From Eledone cirrhosa (Eukaryota): DNA of 64,000 bases. A model generated the notes under the pieces. The model ran no database searches, had not been told where the DNA came from, and saw only the letters and a list, made by a program, of their open reading frames with translations. The translations under genes and the position numbers were made by a program. The stretch lies in the NCBI GenBank assembly GCA_964016885.1, contig OZ024747.1, positions 62,806,001-62,870,000 on the forward strand, in the 5' to 3' direction. Positions 1-9,858 of the stretch are shown here, piece by piece. Positions within the stretch are counted from its first letter, which is position 1. Every line of letters starts with the position of its first letter.

Positions 1-343
1 CTCGGCCCGTTGGTGCTGGCACTGTCGCTGCTCACATTCGTGCTGGTGGCGCTCCTCGCCTCACCTCTCCTCTCAACGCTCAAGTCGCCGTTGCACGACA
101 GCAGACCCGCCTCTAGGGGGCGTGGCTCCGCCATGTTTTTTTGAGAAAAAAATTATTATTTTTTTCAAAATAAAGTTCAAATATTTGGGCCAAAAGGCCC
201 AAATATTATGAGTTATTCCTTCACAGGATACAAATTAATGTCTTATAATGCTTCAGCGGTACAAAAAATAAACAATTCTCTACAATTAATCCTCAAAAAT
301 TGCTTACTCACGGAGCTTCAAAAAACGTACATCCACTTTCGTC
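1..343 (-). mobile_element. Tx1-like non-LTR retrotransposon, copy A (5' UTR and ORF1 start; continues beyond window)
   Basis: Matches 5793-6135 and 11588-11930; ORF1 ATG at 134. Confidence 0.93.
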
Positions 344-614
344 AATAATAATAATAATAATGATTTCATTTATTGGCCACAAGGGCCGACATATAGGGGA
401 CAACACAATAGACAGGGACAGTGGGGGTTTACATAGAGATCGAGTAAGTATAAATAACAAAAAAACAAAATAACAATAAAAATACAACAATGAAAGTTCC
501 CCAATAAGAGGGATCACCACCCAGGGTTGACTCAAGCACCCCACCAGTCCTGAGCCACCCGACGCTCCTAGGGCACCCGGGAAGGGCACCCCTCTCCTTC
601 TCGAATTCACCAGC

Positions 615-3600
615 CTACAGGCGCATGATCAGAGTAGGCCCACTCACGCGGGCCATTCTCGCCACATTCACCCACCTTTCAGTAAATGTACTGGGGGGCA
701 GCACTTCTCTCTCCACCCTCACCTTCCTTTCCAAGTGAAACTTGAAGAAGTTGATGAGGGATTGGCCGAAGAGAAAAGTGTCTGTCTTCAGTCCTTTCAA
801 CCTGGTCCACCATGCAACCTCTTTCGCTACTGCCACCAGGCAGAGGAAAATTGCCTGCCCTTCCTGACCAAAAGAAGGCGGCGGGTCAATCTTCACTATG
901 GACTCGGACGATAGCCGGATCCGTTCTACACGCGACAATAGCTGTTCGACATAACCCCACAAGTCAGCAATGCACGGACACTGGACGAGTGCGTGCAGAA
1001 CGGTTTCGTCGCTCTGCGCGCATCTCGGGCAGGTTCGTCTGACAGCACTTCCGTGCCTGTAGAGTTTATCCCGAACCGGCAGCGCCCCCCGGTAGCACTG
1101 CCAAGCGAGGGATTTCTGGAAGTTATCCATCGTCCCCGGCTCGAAAGTCCTCCGGAACATACTGGTCAGTTCTACTTCGTTGACGCCCAGAGCCTCTCCT
1201 AGTACGTCATCGCACTTGCCCTCCACTAATCCTCTATAGAAATCTTGAGTGGAAGTTCCACTGACCGCATTGCCCACCTTGCAGAGTGCAGTGAGCGCCT
1301 GGCAACATTCCAGATGCCAGTCGCCCAGTCTCGGTCTCTTCTTGACCCAGGACTGCAGCTCAGTCAAAGAGATGAGCTGCGGAAAGGCCCGTCTAACAAA
1401 CGGCGACCACACCTGTTCACCGTTTAGGCAAAATATCTGGAGATGTCGCAGCCTCAGCGCATGTCTGCGCATCATTAGCCACGGCATGCCCAGCCCTCCA
1501 CGAAGAGGGTGCTGGCAGCAGATGGACCGCCTCACCAACGGGACCCGTCCCCTCCACAAAAATTTGAAAAGGAGCCGTTCCAAATTGGCGAGGCGTGGAC
1601 GGGGGCAAGGCACGACGGTCAGGCGGTAGTAGATGACGGACGCGATGTACGCGTTCGCCACCTCCGCCCGCCCTTTCAGTGATAGCTTTCTCTCAGCCCA
1701 TTTCTGGGTGAGGTTGGCTATCCTGCTCGTCACCTCGTCCCAATTCTTATCCACCTGGAGGTCTGGTCCGAACCAAACCCCGAGCAACTTTACCGGTCCG
1801 TCTGTCCAGCGCCCAACGACGCTGTTGGACGGCATGGACTTGCCTCTCCAGGTGCCGAGCTGCAAGCCCACCGACTTTTCCGGGTTAAGTTTTGCTCCCG
1901 TCAACCTTTCATATTCCTCCAAATGGGTGCGGATCACCTCGATTTCCGAGGTGTCCGACACCATCACGGTGATGTCGTCCGCATAAGCGGACGCAGCCTT
2001 TCTACGTCCCGGTTCGAGCGGGATGCCCTGCAACAACTCCAGCTTCCGCAGTAGAGGCTCAAGAGTCAATACGTACAGAAGTGAGGAGAGAGGGCACCCT
2101 TGACGGACCGATCGAGAGATCTGAAACGGTTCCGAGAGGTGGCCATTAACTTTGACCACCGAGCGGATGCCGCTGTACATTGCAGCGATCCAGCTTCTGA
2201 AGACGGGGCCGAAGCCAGCCGCCTCGAGGACAGCCTCCAAGTACCGATGGTCGACCCTATCGAATGCTTTCGATTGATCTAAATTGATTAGAGCCCCACC
2301 GAAGCCAGGTTTGCACCCAACCCTCTCTATGATGTATCGCATGAGGTGGAGGTTGTCGTGTATGGACCTGGTCGGGATTGCGCAAGTTTGCGCCTCCCCA
2401 ACCAAATCTTTGACGACAAGCGCCAACCTTTTCGCTAACACCTTGGCCAAAATCTTAAACTCTGTGTTGAGCAGGGTTATGGGCCTGAAATTATCTAGTG
2501 TGTCCCTCTTGTTCTCGTCTTTCCTTATCAGCGTCACTACGCCACGGCTCACAGAACTGGGAATGCTCCCGTTCTGCTGCCAGTTGCAGTAGAGCGCTTC
2601 GAGGAGATCGGAGAACAAGTCTGGCATATTTACGTAAAGCTCGTAGGGCAGACCATCCAAACCGGGTGACTTGCGACTCGAGCAGCCGACAAGGGCGTCC
2701 TGAATTTCGGCTGATGTTATCGGCTCTTCGCAGCGCTCAGCGTCGGCCGTCGAGAGGCGTGGCAAGCCGTCGAGGTAGGGACTGAAGTCCGCCGCCGTCT
2801 CCGACTCACCCATCCTCCCGAACAATCGAGCAAAGTGCTGGCGAAAGGCCTCACACATCTGCTTGGAATCGCTCAGTTCGTGTCCATCTCGATCCGTCAA
2901 AGACCGAATTGTGGTTTTATTTCCACGCTGCGTCTCTGCAAAGCGAGCCCATCGGGCAGCTTTGGTTCCCTCGTTCCTCAGAGCACGCGCCTTAGCTCTG
3001 ACAATGCAACCTTCGTGTTTCGCATTGAAGAAATGGTCTAGTGCCATTCTCGCCGCTAGCACGTCTGTTGCAATGCCACTACAAATAGCCTCGTCTAACT
3101 TAGCTATCAGCCCCTCCTCCTTTCTATTTTTCTCTATTGCTACTTCTTTGCTAAATCCTATCGAGGTTGCTCTAATCTCTCTTTTGAGTGCCCCCCACCA
3201 CCTGTTGTTGACAACCCCCCCTGTCAACATTTGCTTAACTAAGTTGTTGACCCGGTCCCTGTAAGCTTTACGTGCCGGAAACGACATGTTTAGCTTCCAG
3301 TAGCTAGGTCCTAACCTACGTGTCTTATCTAGGTCGACCATACAGATCACAAGCTTGTGATCTGAATAGGCAACCGTTTTAAAATGTGGACATCCTACAC
3401 TATTTCTATCTCTTTTCCTAATGAAAATCCTATCTATGTACGATCTAGATGACCCTATGCGATTGGTCCAGGTCCATACTGGCGCATTAGGGAAATCTAG
3501 TCGGTACCTGTCAGACAGTTGAAACTGGCTGATCAGGTACTTGAGGCTTTTGCACCCCCCGCTCCTATCAGATACTCCCACACAATCCCAGCGTGCTTCT

Positions 3601-4034
3601 AAGATGCCATTCCAATCCCCTATTAACAGTAAAGGGCGAGACGTAAGCAGAAAGTTTTCCAGGCGCCTAAAGAAGTCCGGCCGACCGGCCCCAGTAGGGG
3701 CGTAGACGGCCACCAGTCTAAAGGCACCACCTTCGCTATTGCTCACGTCCAGGACCACCAACTTTCCGTCAGGATCCCGGAAGATTGACCTTACCTCGAG
3801 ATCCAGACATTTCCTAAACAGCACAGCCACTCCACCTCCCATTCCCGGCCGACTAACAGATGCAAAGATCTGATAATCGTCGAAAATCGGCGCCAGTGCG
3901 CGTGTGTCGGAAATTCTGGTCTCGCTGATGGCAATTACATCCATTCCTAGTGACCTGAGGTCGTTGAGCAAGTGACCTTGCTTCCAGGGCGACCCCAGGC
4001 CACGAACATTTAAACTTCCTACTCTTATGGCCAT
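615..4034 (-). CDS. ORF2: APE endonuclease, reverse transcriptase and C-terminal zinc finger, 1139 aa
   Basis: APE motifs SLNVRGL, ISETR, GDWN, YIDRIF, SDH; RT motifs KSPGLDG, FRPITLLN, DQSKAFDRV, VRQGCPLS, YADD; CPRC..H..C. The motifs YWKLN and GGLG fit the L1/Tx1 group. Confidence 0.97.
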   Translation of the reverse strand: MAIRVGSLNVRGLGSPWKQGHLLNDLRSLGMDVIAISETRISDTRALAPIFDDYQIFASVSRPGMGGGVAVLFRKCLDLEVRSIFRDPDGKLVVLDVSNSEGGAFRLVAVYAPTGAGRPDFFRRLENFLLTSRPLLLIGDWNGILEARWDCVGVSDRSGGCKSLKYLISQFQLSDRYRLDFPNAPVWTWTNRIGSSRSYIDRIFIRKRDRNSVGCPHFKTVAYSDHKLVICMVDLDKTRRLGPSYWKLNMSFPARKAYRDRVNNLVKQMLTGGVVNNRWWGALKREIRATSIGFSKEVAIEKNRKEEGLIAKLDEAICSGIATDVLAARMALDHFFNAKHEGCIVRAKARALRNEGTKAARWARFAETQRGNKTTIRSLTDRDGHELSDSKQMCEAFRQHFARLFGRMGESETAADFSPYLDGLPRLSTADAERCEEPITSAEIQDALVGCSSRKSPGLDGLPYELYVNMPDLFSDLLEALYCNWQQNGSIPSSVSRGVVTLIRKDENKRDTLDNFRPITLLNTEFKILAKVLAKRLALVVKDLVGEAQTCAIPTRSIHDNLHLMRYIIERVGCKPGFGGALINLDQSKAFDRVDHRYLEAVLEAAGFGPVFRSWIAAMYSGIRSVVKVNGHLSEPFQISRSVRQGCPLSSLLYVLTLEPLLRKLELLQGIPLEPGRRKAASAYADDITVMVSDTSEIEVIRTHLEEYERLTGAKLNPEKSVGLQLGTWRGKSMPSNSVVGRWTDGPVKLLGVWFGPDLQVDKNWDEVTSRIANLTQKWAERKLSLKGRAEVANAYIASVIYYRLTVVPCPRPRLANLERLLFKFLWRGRVPLVRRSICCQHPLRGGLGMPWLMMRRHALRLRHLQIFCLNGEQVWSPFVRRAFPQLISLTELQSWVKKRPRLGDWHLECCQALTALCKVGNAVSGTSTQDFYRGLVEGKCDDVLGEALGVNEVELTSMFRRTFEPGTMDNFQKSLAWQCYRGALPVRDKLYRHGSAVRRTCPRCAQSDETVLHALVQCPCIADLWGYVEQLLSRVERIRLSSESIVKIDPPPSFGQEGQAIFLCLVAVAKEVAWWTRLKGLKTDTFLFGQSLINFFKFHLERKVRVEREVLPPSTFTERWVNVARMARVSGPTLIMRL

Positions 4035-4063
4035 GCTGGCAGGATGAATGGGAGAGGAAAGGT

Positions 4064-5926
4064 TTACTTACCTTCCGGGGTCTTGTGAAGGTCGGGTGGT
4101 TCGACCTCCATGGTTTGTGGGGTTTCTTTTGGGAACCCCTTTAATAGTCTTGACGTGGGTTTTACGTTCGGGGTTCCCACATCCCGAGGAAAGCTCTTTC
4201 GAATTTCTTTGTATGAAGCGAGCGACATTCGCATCAGAAGCAAATTATCTGGTACGCGAAATGTGCTCGCTTCAAATGTTTCCCCGTCTTTTTCGATGTT
4301 TGTGCTTCGTGCTACATGGGCCATCAATTCCTTGTTGGCCCTTCTGGCAAGCACGAAGTTTTTAATGTTTTGTTGCTCGGGTTTTATTTGTTCGTGTGAT
4401 TGTGGTGGTGATAGCTTTGTTAGTGTTGTTTCTATTGTGTCTGCGTTTGTTGTGGGTGGGGTGTCTGTAGTTTCTGATGTTTGTGTGTCTATTTGTTCTT
4501 GTGTCTGTTTAGCTTGTTTGCGTTTGGGGGATTTTGGTGGTTGTGTTGGTGATGCTGTGGGGAAAATGTTTGTGTGGGTGGTGTGTGTATTTTTTTTTGT
4601 GGGGGTGTTTGTGCTTTGTGGATTTCTTTTTTTTTTGTGTTTTGTTTTTTGTATTTTGGGGGACTTTGGTTTTCCCTCATCTTCACTGCTGGAGGATGAG
4701 GGGTCTGTGGCTGTGAGCGTGTTTGTGTCTGAGTGAGTGTTTATGTTCTTGTTCGTGTGTGTATTTTGGGGGGGAGGGGGAATGGGAGAGCTTTCCTCGT
4801 TTCCCCCCTGGGTGTGCAATTTTGGTGGTTCCATTGTTGACGGTGTTGCTGGTGGTCCTTGTCCCGGCGTCGCCAGCAGTGGAATCTTTCGACCCCTTGC
4901 GCTTTTCGGCAGTTGAGGGCAGAAGGCTCGCAAGTGTGTCGTTTCCCCACAAAGGAAACAATGCGGCCTTTTGCCCTCAGTCATTATATGCAACACCCTC
5001 CCGTTTTGGAGGCGGATGTGGTCCGGGATTGTTTTTACGTTTTCGGGTCTGATTTGGAGCAGTATCTCCAGATCAACCCCGGACCAGTCGTCCCTGGCAG
5101 TTCTCGTTGCCTCTACCGGGACTGTATCCGTTCCTTCCACGATTACGCAACCCAGGAGCCACCACATATCAAGTCCTGGTGGAATCCTGGGAATGCGCAC
5201 ACGTGCTATTCGTTTTCCCATGTGGGAGGGGTACATTATGACCTTGCTGGTTTTGCAAGGGGTCATTGAATGCTTCACAGCGAGGGCTTCAGACTTGAAC
5301 AGCACCGAAACGGTGCCGTATTGCCTGCCCCTCTCTATGAAGTCTGTGTCCTCTCTGATGTGTTTCAGTGCGGCTTCTATGTCAGCTTGGGCGATTATCG
5401 CTGCCCTCTTTGTCTCTACTGAGATGCATCTGAAATGCACCGTTCTTTTTTCCACTGCCTCAATGGCTTCTGCCGGGACAGTTAAGTTTGCCCAGGTCTG
5501 CTCTTGATTTATGATTTTCCAGGCCTGGGCCAACTTTTCCTCTCTGTTGGTTAAGTCGATGCTGTAGCATGGTCTCCTTTTAGCCGCTGCCACAGCAGCG
5601 AAAGTGTTCTTGTTGGTGTTGTCACTGTTGTTGTTCTTGTTGGTGTTGCTGCTGCTATTGCTGTTGTTGTTCTCCCCTGTGTCGTGGTTACCTTCTGTGC
5701 TGTTGGCCTTGTTGGTGCTCTCGCTATTACCACCTTCTGCGCTGTTCGGCTTGTTGGTGTTGGTGTTGTCGCTGTTACCACCTTCCGCGCCGCTCGGCCC
5801 GTTGGTGCTGGCACTGTCGCTGCTCACATTCGTGCTGGTGGCGCTCCTCGCCTCACCTCTCCTCTCAACGCTCAAGTCGCCGTTGCACGACAGCAGACCC
5901 GCCTCTAGGGGGCGTGGCTCCGCCAT
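4064..5926 (-). CDS. ORF1: gag-like nucleic-acid-binding protein, 620 aa
   Basis: CCHC zinc knuckle CFLCGETTHLRAFC; low-complexity N/S/T-rich N-terminus and P/T/K-rich C-terminal half; lies upstream of ORF2. Confidence 0.9.
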   Translation of the reverse strand: MAEPRPLEAGLLSCNGDLSVERRGEARSATSTNVSSDSASTNGPSGAEGGNSDNTNTNKPNSAEGGNSESTNKANSTEGNHDTGENNNSNSSSNTNKNNNSDNTNKNTFAAVAAAKRRPCYSIDLTNREEKLAQAWKIINQEQTWANLTVPAEAIEAVEKRTVHFRCISVETKRAAIIAQADIEAALKHIREDTDFIERGRQYGTVSVLFKSEALAVKHSMTPCKTSKVIMYPSHMGKRIARVRIPRIPPGLDMWWLLGCVIVEGTDTVPVEATRTARDDWSGVDLEILLQIRPENVKTIPDHIRLQNGRVLHIMTEGKRPHCFLCGETTHLRAFCPQLPKSARGRKIPLLATPGQGPPATPSTMEPPKLHTQGGNEESSPIPPPPQNTHTNKNINTHSDTNTLTATDPSSSSSEDEGKPKSPKIQKTKHKKKRNPQSTNTPTKKNTHTTHTNIFPTASPTQPPKSPKRKQAKQTQEQIDTQTSETTDTPPTTNADTIETTLTKLSPPQSHEQIKPEQQNIKNFVLARRANKELMAHVARSTNIEKDGETFEASTFRVPDNLLLMRMSLASYKEIRKSFPRDVGTPNVKPTSRLLKGFPKETPQTMEVEPPDLHKTPEGK

Positions 5927-6409
5927 GTTTTTTTGAGAAAAAAATTATTATTTTTTTCAAAATAAAGTTCAAATATTTGGGCCAAAAGGCCCAAATATTA
6001 TGAGTTATTCCTTCACAGGATACAAATTAATGTCTTATAATGCTTCAGCGGTACAAAAAATAAACAATTCTCTACAATTAATCCTCAAAAATTGCTTACT
6101 CACGGAGCTTCAAAAAACGTACATCCACTTTCGTCAATAATAATAATAATGATTTCATTTATTGGCCACAAGGGCCGACATATAGGGGACAACACAATAG
6201 ACAGGGACAGTGGGGGTTTACATAGAGATCGAGTAAGTATAAATAACAAAAAAACAAAAACAAAATAACAATAAAAATACAACAATGAAAGTTCCCCAAT
6301 AAGAGGGATCACCACCCAGGGTTGACTCAAGCACCCCACCAGTCCTGAGCCACCCGACGCTCCTAGGGCACCCGGGAAGGGCACCCCTCTCCTTCTCGAA
6401 TTCACCAGC

Positions 6410-9400
6410 CTACAGGCGCATGATCAGAGTAGGCCCACTCACGCGGGCCATTCTCGCCACATTCACCCACCTTTCAGTAAATGTACTGGGGGGCAGCACT
6501 TCTCTCTCCACCCTCACCTTCCTTTCCAAGTGAAACTTGAAGAAGTTGATGAGGGATTGGCCGAAGAGAAAAGTGTCTGTCTTCAGTCCTTTCAACCTGG
6601 TCCACCATGCAACCTCTTTCGCTACTGCCACCAGGCAGAGGAAAATTGCCTGCCCTTCCTGACCAAAAGAAGGCGGCGGGTCAATCTTCACTATGGACTC
6701 GGACGATAGCCGGATCCGTTCTACACGCGACAATAGCTGTTCGACATAACCCCACAAGTCAGCAATGCACGGACACTGGACGAGTGCGTGCAGAACGGTT
6801 TCGTCGCTCTGCGCGCATCTCGGGCAGGTTCGTCTGACAGCACTTCCGTGCCTGTAGAGTTTATCCCGAACCGGCAGCGCCCCCCGGTAGCACTGCCAAG
6901 CGAGGGATTTCTGGAAGTTATCCATCGTCCCCGGCTCGAAAGTCCTCCGGAACATACTGGTCAGTTCTACTTCGTTGACGCCCAGAGCCTCTCCTAGTAC
7001 GTCATCGCACTTGCCCTCCACTAATCCTCTATAGAAATCTTGAGTGGAAGTTCCACTGACCGCATTGCCCACCTTGCAGAGTGCAGTGAGCGCCTGGCAA
7101 CATTCCAGATGCCAGTCGCCCAGTCTCGGTCTCTTCTTGACCCAGGACTGCAGCTCAGTCAAAGAGATGAGCTGCGGAAAGGCCCGTCTAACAAACGGCG
7201 ACCACACCTGTTCACCGTTTAGGCAAAATATCTGGAGATGTCGCAGCCTCAGCGCATGTCTGCGCATCATTAGCCACGGCATGCCCAGCCCTCCACGAAG
7301 AGGGTGCTGGCAGCAGATGGACCGCCTCACCAACGGGACCCGTCCCCTCCACAAAAATTTGAAAAGGAGCCGTTCCAAATTGGCGAGGCGTGGACGGGGG
7401 CAAGGCACGACGGTCAGGCGGTAGTAGATGACGGACGCGATGTACGCGTTCGCCACCTCCGCCCGCCCTTTCAGTGATAGCTTTCTCTCAGCCCATTTCT
7501 GGGTGAGGTTGGCTATCCTGCTCGTCACCTCGTCCCAATTCTTATCCACCTGGAGGTCTGGTCCGAACCAAACCCCGAGCAACTTTACCGGTCCGTCTGT
7601 CCAGCGCCCAACGACGCTGTTGGACGGCATGGACTTGCCTCTCCAGGTGCCGAGCTGCAAGCCCACCGACTTTTCCGGGTTAAGTTTTGCTCCCGTCAAC
7701 CTTTCATATTCCTCCAAATGGGTGCGGATCACCTCGATTTCCGAGGTGTCCGACACCATCACGGTGATGTCGTCCGCATAAGCGGACGCAGCCTTTCTAC
7801 GTCCCGGTTCGAGCGGGATGCCCTGCAACAACTCCAGCTTCCGCAGTAGAGGCTCAAGAGTCAATACGTACAGAAGTGAGGAGAGAGGGCACCCTTGACG
7901 GACCGATCGAGAGATCTGAAACGGTTCCGAGAGGTGGCCATTAACTTTGACCACCGAGCGGATGCCGCTGTACATTGCAGCGATCCAGCTTCTGAAGACG
8001 GGGCCGAAGCCAGCCGCCTCGAGGACAGCCTCCAAGTACCGATGGTCGACCCTATCGAATGCTTTCGATTGATCTAAATTGATCAGAGCCCCACCGAAGC
8101 CAGGTTTGCACCCAACCCTCTCTATGATGTATCGCATGAGGTGGAGGTTGTCGTGTATGGACCTGGTCGGGATTGCGCAAGTTTGCGCCTCCCCAACCAA
8201 ATCTTTGACGACAAGCGCCAACCTTTTCGCTAACACCTTGGCCAAAATCTTAAACTCTGTGTTGAGCAGGGTTATGGGCCTGAAATTATCTAGTGTGTCC
8301 CTCTTGTTCTCGTCTTTCCTTATCAGCGTCACTACGCCACGGCTCACAGAACTGGGAATGCTCCCGTTCTGCTGCCAGTTGCAGTAGAGCGCTTCGAGGA
8401 GATCGGAGAACAAGTCTGGCATATTTACGTAAAGCTCGTAGGGCAGACCATCCAAACCGGGTGACTTGCGACTCGAGCAGCCGACAAGGGCGTCCTGAAT
8501 TTCGGCTGATGTTATCGGCTCTTCGCAGCGCTCAGCGTCGGCCGTCGAGAGGCGTGGCAAGCCGTCGAGGTAGGGACTGAAGTCCGCCGCCGTCTCCGAC
8601 TCACCCATCCTCCCGAACAATCGAGCAAAGTGCTGGCGAAAGGCCTCACACATCTGCTTGGAATCGCTCAGTTCGTGTCCATCTCGATCCGTCAAAGACC
8701 GAATTGTGGTTTTATTTCCACGCTGCGTCTCTGCAAAGCGAGCCCATCGGGCAGCTTTGGTTCCCTCGTTCCTCAGAGCACGCGCCTTAGCTCTGACAAT
8801 GCAACCTTCGTGTTTCGCATTGAAGAAATGGTCTAGTGCCATTCTCGCCGCTAGCACGTCTGTTGCAATGCCACTACAAATAGCCTCGTCTAACTTAGCT
8901 ATCAGCCCCTCCTCCTTTCTATTTTTCTCTATTGCTACTTCTTTGCTAAATCCTATCGAGGTTGCTCTAATCTCTCTTTTGAGTGCCCCCCACCACCTGT
9001 TGTTGACAACCCCCCCTGTCAACTTTTGCTTAACTAAGTTGTTGACCCGGTCCCTGTAAGCTTTACGTGCCGGAAACGACATGTTTAGCTTCCAGTAGCT
9101 AGGTCCTAACCTACGTGTCTTATCTAGGTCGACCATACAGATCACAAGCTTGTGATCTGAATAGGCAACCGTTTTAAAATGTGGACATCCTACACTATTT
9201 CTATCTCTTTTCCTAATGAAAATCCTATCTATGTACGATCTAGATGACCCTATGCGATTGGTCCAGGTCCATACTGGCGCATTAGGGAAATCTAGTCGGT
9301 ACCTGTCAGACAGTTGAAACTGGCTGATCAGGTACTTGAGGCTTTTGCACCCCCCGCTCCTATCAGATACTCCCACACAATCCCAGCGTGCTTCTAAGAT

Positions 9401-9829
9401 GCCATTCCAATCCCCTATTAACAGTAAAGGGCGAGACGTAAGCAGAAAGTTTTCCAGGCGCCTAAAGAAGTCCGGCCGACCGGCCCCAGTAGGGGCGTAG
9501 ACGGCCACCAGTCTAAAGGCACCACCTTCGCTATTGCTCACGTCCAGGACCACCAACTTTCCGTCAGGATCCCGGAAGATTGACCTTACCTCGAGATCCA
9601 GACATTTCCTAAACAGCACAGCCACTCCACCTCCCATTCCCGGCCGACTAACAGATGCAAAGATCTGATAATCGTCGAAAATCGGCGCCAGTGCGCGTGT
9701 GTCGGAAATTCTGGTCTCGCTGATGGCAATTACATCCATTCCTAGTGACCTGAGGTCGTTGAGCAAGTGACCTTGCTTCCAGGGCGACCCCAGGCCACGA
9801 ACATTTAAACTTCCTACTCTTATGGCCAT
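6410..9829 (-). CDS. ORF2 (APE-RT-zinc finger), 1139 aa, copy C
   Basis: Same protein as 615-4034 except KQKLTGG versus KQMLTGG. Confidence 0.97.
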   Translation of the reverse strand: MAIRVGSLNVRGLGSPWKQGHLLNDLRSLGMDVIAISETRISDTRALAPIFDDYQIFASVSRPGMGGGVAVLFRKCLDLEVRSIFRDPDGKLVVLDVSNSEGGAFRLVAVYAPTGAGRPDFFRRLENFLLTSRPLLLIGDWNGILEARWDCVGVSDRSGGCKSLKYLISQFQLSDRYRLDFPNAPVWTWTNRIGSSRSYIDRIFIRKRDRNSVGCPHFKTVAYSDHKLVICMVDLDKTRRLGPSYWKLNMSFPARKAYRDRVNNLVKQKLTGGVVNNRWWGALKREIRATSIGFSKEVAIEKNRKEEGLIAKLDEAICSGIATDVLAARMALDHFFNAKHEGCIVRAKARALRNEGTKAARWARFAETQRGNKTTIRSLTDRDGHELSDSKQMCEAFRQHFARLFGRMGESETAADFSPYLDGLPRLSTADAERCEEPITSAEIQDALVGCSSRKSPGLDGLPYELYVNMPDLFSDLLEALYCNWQQNGSIPSSVSRGVVTLIRKDENKRDTLDNFRPITLLNTEFKILAKVLAKRLALVVKDLVGEAQTCAIPTRSIHDNLHLMRYIIERVGCKPGFGGALINLDQSKAFDRVDHRYLEAVLEAAGFGPVFRSWIAAMYSGIRSVVKVNGHLSEPFQISRSVRQGCPLSSLLYVLTLEPLLRKLELLQGIPLEPGRRKAASAYADDITVMVSDTSEIEVIRTHLEEYERLTGAKLNPEKSVGLQLGTWRGKSMPSNSVVGRWTDGPVKLLGVWFGPDLQVDKNWDEVTSRIANLTQKWAERKLSLKGRAEVANAYIASVIYYRLTVVPCPRPRLANLERLLFKFLWRGRVPLVRRSICCQHPLRGGLGMPWLMMRRHALRLRHLQIFCLNGEQVWSPFVRRAFPQLISLTELQSWVKKRPRLGDWHLECCQALTALCKVGNAVSGTSTQDFYRGLVEGKCDDVLGEALGVNEVELTSMFRRTFEPGTMDNFQKSLAWQCYRGALPVRDKLYRHGSAVRRTCPRCAQSDETVLHALVQCPCIADLWGYVEQLLSRVERIRLSSESIVKIDPPPSFGQEGQAIFLCLVAVAKEVAWWTRLKGLKTDTFLFGQSLINFFKFHLERKVRVEREVLPPSTFTERWVNVARMARVSGPTLIMRL

Positions 9830-9858
9830 GCTGGCAGGATGAATGGGAGAGGAAAGGT

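Larger units (their letters stand above)
344..6135 (-). mobile_element. Full-length Tx1-like non-LTR retrotransposon, copy B (5792 bp including (ATT)6 tail)
   Basis: 209-nt 5' UTR starting GACGAAAG, ORF1, 29-nt spacer, ORF2, then a 3' UTR with AATAAA followed by TGAAATC(ATT)n. Confidence 0.95.

Noticed and set aside
308-610. 100-aa ORF spanning the 3' UTR and junction (also 6100-6405)
   Set aside because: It starts at GTG and runs through the (ATT)n tail (poly-Ile) into the next copy; a junction artefact.
4036-4071. 36-nt GT..AG mini-intron fusing ORF1 to ORF2
   Set aside because: The donor (AAG|GTAAGT) is good, but the intron is very short and splicing gives GCA TGG CCA TAA, out of frame with ORF2.
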